Assembly (NCBI GenBank): GCA_045560295.1
Contig: JBJKZL010000004.1
Span: 132,566 to 196,565 of the forward strand
From: Fidelibacterota bacterium
GTDB taxonomy: Bacteria; Fidelibacterota; Marinisomatia; Marinisomatales; Marinisomataceae
Length of the DNA stretch: 64,000 bases
Direction of reading: 5' to 3'
Shown here: in pieces, positions 29,021-37,709 of the stretch
How the letters are laid out: each line of letters starts with the position of its first letter
How positions within the stretch are numbered: position 1 is the first letter of the stretch
Notes under the pieces: model-generated
Databases searched by the model: none
What the model was told of the DNA's origin: nothing
The model's input: the letters and a program-made list of their open reading frames with translations, nothing else
Program-made: the position numbers and the translations under genes

Positions 29021-29061
29021 GTTTATAAAAAAGGTCGTATCTTCCATTGTATTTGACAATT

Positions 29062-29406
29062 GGGGGCGACCGGTTTCGACATTTTAGAAAGAAATTTTAA
29101 GTTGCATGTAGAGCTTAGTAACTCTTAAAACTTCTAAACTGTATTAAGTGCCGATTATGGCCAAATGGCTGTAGCTTAGTTGCTATAACCCATCATCAGT
29201 AGGCGTTTCTCATCGCTGTCTGAATGATGTCATAAAAATGAGATAGCTTATTTTTTTGCTTCGATTAAATAAGTGACCACTTAGAAGATAGTCTTATATT
29301 CGTCTGTTCTTGAACCTGTATAAGGCGAAACTTGATCGAGTAACTAAACATGTAGATATTTATCTTTTCTCTATTATGGACGGGAGTTCGAATCTCCCCG
29401 CCTCCA
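29062..29406 (+). ncRNA. ssrA: tmRNA (SsrA), one-piece
   Basis: The 5' end GGGGGCGACCGGTTTCGAC and the 3' end GGACGGGAGTTCGAATCTCCCCGCCTCCA form a tRNA-Ala-like domain with a G3-U70 pair. The candidate tag frame is 29150-29179: GCC GAT TAT GGC CAA ATG GCT GTA GCT TAG = ADYGQMAVA. It is preceded by TAA+GT, like the E. coli TAG+TC context. The 3' CCA is not encoded; the sequence continues CAC. Confidence 0.9.
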
Positions 29407-29414
29407 CACATATA

Positions 29415-30116
29415 CTAATTCGGAATGCGATCAGGAAAGTCAGTAATAATTCCATCAACACCTAACGCAATTGCTCGCTTAATGTCTTTTTCTCTATTAA
29501 TAGTCCAGCTATATACTAAAAATCCAGCAGAATGCATCTGATCTATTGCTTTCTTATTCAAAATAGAAAATTTTGGGTGTATAGCTATAGCATTAAGTTC
29601 TTTAGCCTTTTTGATTATATCATTTAATCCTTTTTCTAAAAATATATTATAATTACTAAGCACACCGATAGGTATATTAGTACCAAGATTTTTAAAAAGT
29701 GTTAATTCTTTCCAATTTTTGCTAGAAACAATTAATTTTTTGATATCAGATTGCGAGTCACTAAGATATTGTTTTAGTATAGTAGCAGTTGGAATAGCAG
29801 TATTTTCACCTTTTAATTCAACATTTAATAATATTTTACCATCTATCTTTTCAAGTACCTGTTGAAGGGTGGGTATTCTATATCTTCCTGCTACTAGTAT
29901 ATTTTTTAATTCCTCAAAAGTAGTTTCTTCAATCAATCCATTATGACCAGTAAGACGCTTTAGTTTTTTATCATGGAATACTACAATTTCTCCAGATGCA
30001 CATCTGAAAACATCTATTTCAATACCGTCAACATTTAGATCCAAAGCTTTTTGTATAGATTCAAGAGTGTTTTCTGCAATATATCCACGAGCGCCTCTAT
30101 GTCCTATAGTAAGCAT
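29415..30116 (-). CDS. Glycerophosphodiester phosphodiesterase (cytoplasmic UgpQ-like, no signal peptide)
   Basis: GDPD motifs IGHRGARGYIAENTLESI and DGIEIDV. The ATG at 30116 overlaps the upstream stop (TGATG). The ORF-track start at 30119 is a TTG one codon earlier. Confidence 0.85.
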   Translation of the reverse strand: MLTIGHRGARGYIAENTLESIQKALDLNVDGIEIDVFRCASGEIVVFHDKKLKRLTGHNGLIEETTFEELKNILVAGRYRIPTLQQVLEKIDGKILLNVELKGENTAIPTATILKQYLSDSQSDIKKLIVSSKNWKELTLFKNLGTNIPIGVLSNYNIFLEKGLNDIIKKAKELNAIAIHPKFSILNKKAIDQMHSAGFLVYSWTINREKDIKRAIALGVDGIITDFPDRIPN

Positions 30117-31348
30117 CAAATTCCTTCATTAATTTCTGTAGCTGCACGTAGTCCAGAAAATAGCGCTCCTTGCATCCAGCCACGATCATCTGATGCATGC
30201 TCACCAGCAAAATGAATACGATTTTCAGCTAAGCCGATATAGTTTGCCAGAGCGGCATCTTGAGAGCCTGTGGGCGAGGCCCATGCACCTTTAGACCACT
30301 CTTCTTCAGCCCAAGATTGAGACATACCGCTTTGTAGACTACCGGTTGCACCAGGAAAAATATTTTCCCAACGACTTATTATATAATTAATACGTTCTTC
30401 TTCACTTAATGTATCCATTTCTTCTGCAGGAGTCCAACGCAAATATGACATTATGATTCCAGTAGAGCCTGCCAAGTCCCATGTAGGTTGCCATATTTCT
30501 TCGGGTATATCACTATTACCCCAACCATTCAAAGACTCATTTTCCCAGAATCTATTTTGAAATTGCATATAAACTCTTGTAGAGGGCGCATAGCGATATC
30601 CACCGTTCATTGCAGTTTGCTTTTCGGATGATAGCGGTGGATTAAATTGAATTTTATTTAGTACCGTTAAAGGTACCGTACACAGTACTCTATCAGCAAC
30701 AAATTGATTACCATTAGAAGTTTGGACAGTTACATTATTATTCTGTTGCTGAATAGAAGTAACTGGAACCCCAAGATATATTTTATTATTTAAAGGATTT
30801 GAGTTAGAAAATGAATGAGCCAGGAGATCTGATCCACCACGTATTTTCAAATATTCATTACGTAAAATAGAACCATAGCTAGTATTTAAGTATGTATTAT
30901 TTGAAATAATATCACGATTTCCATTTGACATATTTACATAATCTCCAGAAGTAGCATAAAAAGGGTCTAAGTTTAAATTGAAATGATTAACATAGCCTAC
31001 AGTTAGATTATGGCTAGGCTTGATTCTGGCTGCACCTCCTTCTGCAAAATGATTATTTGAAAATGGAGATCGAATAGTAAGGACTCGACCACCTATTCTA
31101 TCTCTCGCTTCTAAAATAGTCACATCATGACCAGCCCTAACTAATTCATATGCTGCAACTAACCCAGACATACCAGCACCTATTACTATAATTTTTTTTG
31201 AATTACCATTTGAGCTCAGCATTCCTGGAGAGCTTGAGATAGGATTAGATGGAATATTTTCGTTGTCCTCACAAGAAATTATCAATGATGCACCAGCAGA
31301 AAGTATTAAGCTTCTTCGAATAAATTCTCGTCTTGTTATATCAGACAT
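30116..31348 (-). CDS. Flavin-containing amine oxidase, Tat-exported lipoprotein
   Basis: Twin-arginine motif TRREFIRR followed by lipobox LIISC. FAD-binding fold KKIIVIGAGMSGLVAAYEL...LEARDRIGGRV and a C-terminal amine oxidase signature (FAGEHAS). Confidence 0.8.
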   Translation of the reverse strand: MSDITRREFIRRSLILSAGASLIISCEDNENIPSNPISSSPGMLSSNGNSKKIIVIGAGMSGLVAAYELVRAGHDVTILEARDRIGGRVLTIRSPFSNNHFAEGGAARIKPSHNLTVGYVNHFNLNLDPFYATSGDYVNMSNGNRDIISNNTYLNTSYGSILRNEYLKIRGGSDLLAHSFSNSNPLNNKIYLGVPVTSIQQQNNNVTVQTSNGNQFVADRVLCTVPLTVLNKIQFNPPLSSEKQTAMNGGYRYAPSTRVYMQFQNRFWENESLNGWGNSDIPEEIWQPTWDLAGSTGIIMSYLRWTPAEEMDTLSEEERINYIISRWENIFPGATGSLQSGMSQSWAEEEWSKGAWASPTGSQDAALANYIGLAENRIHFAGEHASDDRGWMQGALFSGLRAATEINEGI

Positions 31349-31354
31349 ACTATT

Positions 31355-32974
31355 TTACATTTTTTCAGGAGCAGTAATTCCTAAAATAGATAACCCTGTT
31401 TTTAAAATAATTTGCGTAGCATTACAAAGATTTTTTCTTGCATAAGATAATGGAATATTATCAAGATTAATGACTTTATGGTTACCATAAAACTTATGGT
31501 ATGCAGCAGCAACTTCTTCTAGATAGGTAGCTAATTTCCTTGGCTCTAAAGATTGGTGTAATTCGTTCATTTTTGTTGGGAATGCTGATAATTTTTTTAT
31601 AAGAGATAGCTCATCTTTTTCTTTTAAGAGACTTAAATCAAGACTGACCTTTTCTTTTATCTCCTTATCATATCTTACAATCAAATTAGAAATTCTAGCG
31701 TGTGCATATTGTAAATAATAAACAGGATTTTTTTCAGATTCATCTTTTGCTAAATCAAAATCAAAATCTAGATGGCTATTTGCACCTCTCATAATAAAGA
31801 AATATCTCACAACATCTACACCGAGCTGTTCAACTAGATCATCAAGTGTAATAAAATTTGCTTTACGAGTAGACATTTTTACCACTTCATTACCTTTTTT
31901 TAGAGTGACAAATTGGTGTATAATGACTTTAATATGATCTGTTTTTTTACCTAAAGCTTCCAACCCTAATAAAACATCCGGATAGGTATCAATATGATCT
32001 GCTCCAAATATATCTACGATCAAATCAAATCCTCTGTCTACTTTATCTATATGATATGCGATATCTGGTAAGCGATATGTCGGCTCACCAGTACTTTTTA
32101 CCAAAACCTTATCTTCTTTTTTACCTAGACTGGTAGTTTTAAACCATGTAGCACCATCTTTTTTATATGACAAGGATAATTCTTCTAATTTTTTTAAAAC
32201 ATTATCGATAGCACCATTCTCATATAATCTTTGCTCTTCTGAAAAAAGGTCAAATTCAATACCAAGATTTTTTAAGGTGCGTTTAATACTGTCAAAAATC
32301 TTCTTTTCTGTAAATTGTCGAAATTCAATACTATCAGGATCTAAATTTTCTCCAAAACGTTCAATGATTTGATTTACAATATCATCTAAGTATTGCCCAA
32401 TATAGCCATTTTCAGGAGCAGTAACATCCCTACCAATTTTTGTTGCATATTTTGCATAAGCAGATTCAGCTAGCATGCGCATTTGTTTACCTGCGTTGTT
32501 ATAGTAATATTCTCTTGTCACACTATACCCATGCCATGTGAGAATACTAGATACCATATCGCCAAGTATGGTATTTCTACCATGACCTGCAGTAAGTGGG
32601 CCGGTAGGGTTACTACTTACAAATTCTACATTAGCTGTCTTAGTATGCTTTGCAGGTTTACCAAACTCAGTTCTTTCATCTAAAATATTTTTTAAAATGT
32701 TTAAATAGTAATCGTCAGAAATATGAAAATTTATAAATCCTGGTTTAGTTACTGATACAGAAAAGAGCAGCTCATCCTTATCGTGAGATGCAATTATTTT
32801 CTCGGCAATTTCCATTGGATTCTGACCAATTTGTTTTGATAAAGCTAGAGCAATATTAGATGAATAATCTCCAAAACCTTGCTTTTTATTTGAGGATATA
32901 TGCCAGTTTTGAATTTCTAAATCGTTCGCTTTTAAATATCCATTGATGAAAGATTCTAATTTTTTTTGAATCAT
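31355..32974 (-). CDS. argS: Arginyl-tRNA synthetase
   Basis: 539 aa of class I with a HIGH-type region (SSNPTGPLTAGHGRN), KMS(T/K)-like MSTRK, and a C-terminal DALR anticodon-binding domain. Confidence 0.95.
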   Translation of the reverse strand: MIQKKLESFINGYLKANDLEIQNWHISSNKKQGFGDYSSNIALALSKQIGQNPMEIAEKIIASHDKDELLFSVSVTKPGFINFHISDDYYLNILKNILDERTEFGKPAKHTKTANVEFVSSNPTGPLTAGHGRNTILGDMVSSILTWHGYSVTREYYYNNAGKQMRMLAESAYAKYATKIGRDVTAPENGYIGQYLDDIVNQIIERFGENLDPDSIEFRQFTEKKIFDSIKRTLKNLGIEFDLFSEEQRLYENGAIDNVLKKLEELSLSYKKDGATWFKTTSLGKKEDKVLVKSTGEPTYRLPDIAYHIDKVDRGFDLIVDIFGADHIDTYPDVLLGLEALGKKTDHIKVIIHQFVTLKKGNEVVKMSTRKANFITLDDLVEQLGVDVVRYFFIMRGANSHLDFDFDLAKDESEKNPVYYLQYAHARISNLIVRYDKEIKEKVSLDLSLLKEKDELSLIKKLSAFPTKMNELHQSLEPRKLATYLEEVAAAYHKFYGNHKVINLDNIPLSYARKNLCNATQIILKTGLSILGITAPEKM

Positions 32975-33303
32975 TATACTTTAACAGTTTTGGCATCAAA
33001 CCAGATGCGTTCAAGATCGTAATAATGACGGGTTTCTTCAAAGAAAATATGTACTACAACATCAACATAATCAATAATAATCCAATTTGAATTTTGATAT
33101 CCCTCTGTTCTCCAAGGTTTTTCATCGATATTATCTTTTATATTGTCCGCTATTGCTTTGACCTGAATGAGATTTTTTGCAGAGCATATGACAAAATAAT
33201 CAGATAATGAGGTAATCTTAGTAACATCTAGAGCTACTAGTTCTTCAGCTTTTTTTTCTTCCGCCAGTGTAACAATTTTTTTTAATAATGAATTTGTTTT
33301 CAT
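32974..33303 (-). CDS. rsfS: Ribosome silencing factor RsfS
   Basis: 109 aa with typical RsfS motifs (DYFVICSAKN, WIIIDYVDVVVHIF, YYDLERIW). Confidence 0.85.
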   Translation of the reverse strand: MKTNSLLKKIVTLAEEKKAEELVALDVTKITSLSDYFVICSAKNLIQVKAIADNIKDNIDEKPWRTEGYQNSNWIIIDYVDVVVHIFFEETRHYYDLERIWFDAKTVKV

Positions 33304-33773
33304 TGATTCAAGTTAAGAAAATCTGAGTAGTCTTTTCCAATGATTATTTGAATATCTTCTTGAGGATTATAAGAGCTATTAAATTCTACGTTTTGATCAT
33401 TAATAGTCATTCCTAAAATAGTTAATATATTTTCAATATTAGGATTAGACTCATTAATGATTACAACCTTAGTCATTTCATAATCAAAATTATCTGCATT
33501 TTCAGTTCTTACAATTACAAGTCCATACCTACTGCTTAACATTTCAGAAAATTGATTCCCTACTCCACTAACTCCACACCCATTTAGTATTCCAACTTTC
33601 AATGTTTGATTATCGTAATTTTCAAAAAGTTTAATTTTTGTTGCTGATTCAACCTTTGAAGATCCCTTTCTCAAAGTAGAGTTTTTATCAATAAAAGTTT
33701 TTGATATGGACCACCCAAAAGTTATGATGATAAATGAAAGAATGATAATAATGGTATTTAGAAAGTGTTTCAT
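33300..33773 (-). CDS. LytR_C domain-containing membrane-anchored protein
   Basis: N-terminal TM helix and a C-terminal pattern VGILNGCGVSGVGNQF...VRTENADNFDYEMTKVVI consistent with the LytR C-terminal domain. Confidence 0.55.
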   Translation of the reverse strand: MKHFLNTIIIILSFIIITFGWSISKTFIDKNSTLRKGSSKVESATKIKLFENYDNQTLKVGILNGCGVSGVGNQFSEMLSSRYGLVIVRTENADNFDYEMTKVVIINESNPNIENILTILGMTINDQNVEFNSSYNPQEDIQIIIGKDYSDFLNLNQ

Positions 33774-34498
33774 GAGTTGAGATTTTCCAGATTATCCAAT
33801 TGAGCTATGGTGTTTATTCCCAAAACTTCTGAAGAATCTTCAATGATGCTTGCATGAACTGGTTTATTTTTTCTTATCAATTCGATAACATCTGTAAGAT
33901 AATATTCACCCTGTGCATTATTAGATTTAATTTTTTTTAATTCAGTAAATAATTCTGATATTTTAAATATAAATATACCAGAATTTATTTCTTTAATATC
34001 TCTTTGCTTATCATTGCAATCTTTTTGCTCAACAATTTTTAGGAGATTTCCACTATTATTTCTTACAATACGACCATATCCAGTTGAATCACTTACAATT
34101 GCAGTAACAACTGTTGCACTATAATTATTTTTAATGTGATGGCTAATGATGGGCATGAGACTATCGGATTTTATATTAGGAACATCTCCTGATAAAATTA
34201 ATAAATGACCGCTCTGATTTTCTAATATATTTTGCATTTGTAGTACAGCATGGCCAGTTCCTAACTGTTTATCTTGAGATACATAGTTCACTTTGTAATT
34301 TTTTGTGTGGTTTTTAACAAGATTTTTTTCAAATCCCACTACAAGTGTTGTAGAATTGGGCTTTAATTCTGATGCTGTTTGAAGTACATAATCAATTAAG
34401 CTTTTACCGTTTAATTTATGCAACACCTTAGGCATTGTAGATTCCATTCTTGAGCCTTTTCCAGCTGCAAGAATACCTATATGTAATTTACTGCTCAT
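33770..34498 (-). CDS. GlmU-like sugar-1-phosphate uridylyltransferase, N-terminal pyrophosphorylase domain only
   Basis: 242 aa with motifs GILAAGKGSRMESTMPKVLHKL, QLGTGHAV, LSGDVPNI and EYYLTDVI matching the GlmU N-domain. There is no left-handed beta-helix acetyltransferase domain. Confidence 0.75.
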   Translation of the reverse strand: MSSKLHIGILAAGKGSRMESTMPKVLHKLNGKSLIDYVLQTASELKPNSTTLVVGFEKNLVKNHTKNYKVNYVSQDKQLGTGHAVLQMQNILENQSGHLLILSGDVPNIKSDSLMPIISHHIKNNYSATVVTAIVSDSTGYGRIVRNNSGNLLKIVEQKDCNDKQRDIKEINSGIFIFKISELFTELKKIKSNNAQGEYYLTDVIELIRKNKPVHASIIEDSSEVLGINTIAQLDNLENLNS

Positions 34499-35611
34499 TT
34501 AAATAGTCTCCTTCAAAAAAGGTATATCTCTTTTTGAAATAATGCCACCCCCTGTACAAACACCTTTTTCGTCATACAAAACAATAGATTGTCCTGGAGT
34601 GATAGCCTTTTGTTTAGATTTAAATTTAATGAGATATGAGTCGTTATCTAGTGAAAAAACATTACATAGCTTATCTTTATCCCTATATCTTACTTTTGCA
34701 TAGTATTTTCTAGGGAACGTTTTAGGTTTTCGGGAAATCCAGTTTATATGTTCTACTATAATTTGTTCGCTAAATAATGCGGGATGGTCTTCCCCCTGAG
34801 CTACAAATACAATATTTTTATCAATATCTTTTTTCACTACATACCAAGGTTTGTCTTCTGAAGACATTCTTGCACCAATACCTAAACCTCTTCGTTGGCC
34901 GATTGTAAAGTAAATATGACCATTATGATTGCCTAAAATTTCTCCATCAAGAGACTGAATTTCTCCTTTATCTACAGTTAAATACCCTGCTATAAAATCA
35001 TTATACTTTCTTTCTCCAATAAAGCATATACCAGTACTATCTTTTTTATTATGATTGATTAAAGCATATTGCTTTGCAATTTTTCTTACATCTTTTTTTA
35101 ATATTTGACCTAAAGGGAAGATTGTATTTTTTAACTCTGATTGGCCTAATTGATGAAGAAAGTAACTCTGATCTTTAGATAGATCTGTGGCTTTTTTTAA
35201 ATAACATATAGAGTTATCATCGTATTTATCTGCATAATGGCCTGTAGCAATTTTTGTAGCACCGATTTCTTTTGCATAATTTTGAAAGACTTCAAATTTG
35301 ATTTCTTTGTTACATAATATATCAGGATTTGGAGTGAGCCCATGCACATGGTCATCTAAAAATTGGTTAAATACTTTATCTTTGTATTGATGTGTGAAGT
35401 CAATTTTTTTTAAAGGAATATCTAACTTCTTACATACACTTAATGCATCAGCATAATCGTCTTCTGCAGAACAAATGGCATGCTTGTCATCCCAATTCTT
35501 CATAAATACTCCATGAACCTCATATCCATCTTTCTTTAATAAAACTGCAGCGACTGAGCTATCTACTCCACCACTTATACCCAAAACTATTTTTTCTTTT
35601 TTCATGTCCAT
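34499..35611 (-). CDS. mnmA: tRNA-specific 2-thiouridylase MnmA
   Basis: 370 aa with PP-loop GISGGVDSSVAA and catalytic cysteines (NPDILCNKEIKF, DSTGICFIG). Confidence 0.93.
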   Translation of the reverse strand: MDMKKEKIVLGISGGVDSSVAAVLLKKDGYEVHGVFMKNWDDKHAICSAEDDYADALSVCKKLDIPLKKIDFTHQYKDKVFNQFLDDHVHGLTPNPDILCNKEIKFEVFQNYAKEIGATKIATGHYADKYDDNSICYLKKATDLSKDQSYFLHQLGQSELKNTIFPLGQILKKDVRKIAKQYALINHNKKDSTGICFIGERKYNDFIAGYLTVDKGEIQSLDGEILGNHNGHIYFTIGQRRGLGIGARMSSEDKPWYVVKKDIDKNIVFVAQGEDHPALFSEQIIVEHINWISRKPKTFPRKYYAKVRYRDKDKLCNVFSLDNDSYLIKFKSKQKAITPGQSIVLYDEKGVCTGGGIISKRDIPFLKETI

Positions 35612-35638
35612 TACATTGCTATCTTAATAAAAAATTTT

Positions 35639-36544
35639 ATGACTTCAAATCAATCACACAAAGCACTAGTATTTGGTTCTATAAGTATTGATAAGATTAT
35701 TAATAAATACGGAACCTATAATGATGTACTAGGCGGATCAGCCGCCTATGCATTATTAGCAACAAAATCTAAAGAATGCCAGCTGGTAGGGATGGTAGGT
35801 AGTGATTTCCCTAAACACCATTATAACCTGTTAGGCAACCATTCTATTAATCTAGACGATTTAAAAATAGAAAAAGGAAACACCTTTGCTTGGGGCGGAG
35901 AGTATGCGCAAGATTTTTCTTCAAGAGAAACATTATATGTAGATCCAGGGGTATCTGAAAAATTTGAACCAATCTTATCCAAAGACGCTAAACAATGCGA
36001 TTATTTATTATTAGGGAATACCCATCCAAAATTACAACTTGCAGTTTTAAATCAAATTGAATCAGAACCTTTTATAATTTTAGATACATTTAAGCTATAT
36101 ATGGATATTGCTAATGCGGATTTAAAAAAAATGATTTCAAAATCAAACTTATTGTGTATCAATTATAACGAAGCCGTTCATTTATCAGGTTTAAAAAATC
36201 ATAGTTTAAATGAAATTGCAGATAATATTCTCGGTTTAGGTTCAGATAGTCTAATTATTAAACAAGGAGAAGATGGAGCAACCTTTTTTGATAAAACCAC
36301 TTCTTTTTCAGTAAAGGCATATCCTGTTAACAAGGTTATGGATACTACGGGAGCAGGTGATGCTTTTGCAGGAGGAATTCTCTCATCACAGATAGCAGGT
36401 AAGAATATGGAAGAATCTATGGTAGCAGGAGCAGCAATGGCATCTTTTTGCATTGAAAATATTTCACATCGAGGAATCGTTGAGGTTTCAGACTCAGAAT
36501 ATCAATTACGCAAAGAATGGATTCAATCAAGTCTTACCTATTGA
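35639..36544 (+). CDS. PfkB-family carbohydrate/nucleoside kinase
   Basis: 301 aa with the C-terminal PfkB signature DTTGAGDAFAGG. Confidence 0.75.
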   Translation: MTSNQSHKALVFGSISIDKIINKYGTYNDVLGGSAAYALLATKSKECQLVGMVGSDFPKHHYNLLGNHSINLDDLKIEKGNTFAWGGEYAQDFSSRETLYVDPGVSEKFEPILSKDAKQCDYLLLGNTHPKLQLAVLNQIESEPFIILDTFKLYMDIANADLKKMISKSNLLCINYNEAVHLSGLKNHSLNEIADNILGLGSDSLIIKQGEDGATFFDKTTSFSVKAYPVNKVMDTTGAGDAFAGGILSSQIAGKNMEESMVAGAAMASFCIENISHRGIVEVSDSEYQLRKEWIQSSLTY

Positions 36545-36596
36545 AATCTGAGAATAATACTACTAACTTGTTGCTATAACCGGAGGATATATATTT

Positions 36597-37691
36597 ATGA
36601 GCATTATAAAAAACTTTTTTATTGGATTAATACTAGTTTCAACGCTTTTTGCAGGCCAAGATTTAGAGTCAGCGAAAATTAGATTAAAAGATAAAGAGTG
36701 GGATAAGGCAGAAGAGTTTCTACTTAAAGCACTAAATCATCCAAAAGATAAATGGGAAGCAGCATTCCATTTAGCCGACAAAATTTACCCAAGATCTCAA
36801 GATTGGAATAAAGTGAAACAGTACATGGATATTGCCAGTACAGCTTCAGCTAATACTAAGATTAGGCCTACTGCAAACGATAGAAAAATACTGATGTCAC
36901 AAGCTATTGCAGCATCATTAACAAAAAGCTATAATTTACTTTACTATAGAGCAACTGGATTTTTAAGCCTATTAAACAGAGTAAGTGATGTAGACAAAAG
37001 AGACGCTTTAGTAGACCAAGCTATTGATACATCCCTTCAGGCTAAAGAATTAGACCCGTCACAACCTGGGTCTTATGCAATGCTTGGGCTATATTATTCT
37101 ATTAAAGGAGATAAGGACAATGCGTTTAAGTATATCGATCAAGCTCTAGCTTTACCGGACGTCCCACAAGATGTTCAGTTAGCATTGTTAGTTAGTGCTG
37201 GACAGAGCGCAGTACGCCTAGGAGCTTTTGATAAAGGATTAAGCTATTACGAAAGTGCATTAGCAATTAATCCAAATGAAGTACCTGCTTTAAAAAGTTT
37301 GGGTGCATTATATCTTGCAAAAGATGAATTTGAGCCAGCATTAAAAAATCTGAATGCAGCAATAGAAAACTCAGATGATGACAAAGAGAAGGTAGATCTT
37401 TATTTTAACAGAGGATTAGTCTATTTAAAAATGAACGAATTTGATGAGGCAGAATATAATTTTGAGGAAGCATACTTTTTAGCTCCTGATGATACAGAAG
37501 CTCTTCTAGGTCTTGCAAAAGCTTTGGAGCAGGCGGAAAGATGGAGAAAGTCTAGAACATATTATTTAGAACTAATCGATACTGATCCAAATAATGCACA
37601 ATACTACTATGGAGTATATAGAACATATTTTGGCGAAGGTAGATTAGAAGATGCTACTGAGTATCTTAATAAAGCTAACGCACTAAAATAA
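36597..37691 (+). CDS. Secreted tetratricopeptide-repeat protein
   Basis: Signal peptide MSIIKNFFIGLILVSTLFAG and multiple TPR-like A/Y/L-patterned repeats. SD ggagga lies upstream. Confidence 0.7.
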   Translation: MSIIKNFFIGLILVSTLFAGQDLESAKIRLKDKEWDKAEEFLLKALNHPKDKWEAAFHLADKIYPRSQDWNKVKQYMDIASTASANTKIRPTANDRKILMSQAIAASLTKSYNLLYYRATGFLSLLNRVSDVDKRDALVDQAIDTSLQAKELDPSQPGSYAMLGLYYSIKGDKDNAFKYIDQALALPDVPQDVQLALLVSAGQSAVRLGAFDKGLSYYESALAINPNEVPALKSLGALYLAKDEFEPALKNLNAAIENSDDDKEKVDLYFNRGLVYLKMNEFDEAEYNFEEAYFLAPDDTEALLGLAKALEQAERWRKSRTYYLELIDTDPNNAQYYYGVYRTYFGEGRLEDATEYLNKANALK

Positions 37692-37709
37692 TTTTTCTAC
37701 GACACTAAA

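Noticed and set aside
29053-29058. Perfect TTGACA hexamer directly in front of tmRNA.
   Set aside because: It ends 3 nt before the mature tmRNA 5' end, so it cannot be the -35 of the tmRNA promoter. No matching -10 plus product lies downstream other than inside tmRNA itself.
29380-31355. Genomic island integrated at the tmRNA 3' end (glpQ plus amine oxidase as cargo).
   Set aside because: No integrase is present. I found no direct repeat of the tmRNA 3' end (ttcgaatctccccgcctcca) at the amine-oxidase/argS boundary. The segment holds only two genes, tightly packed against argS.
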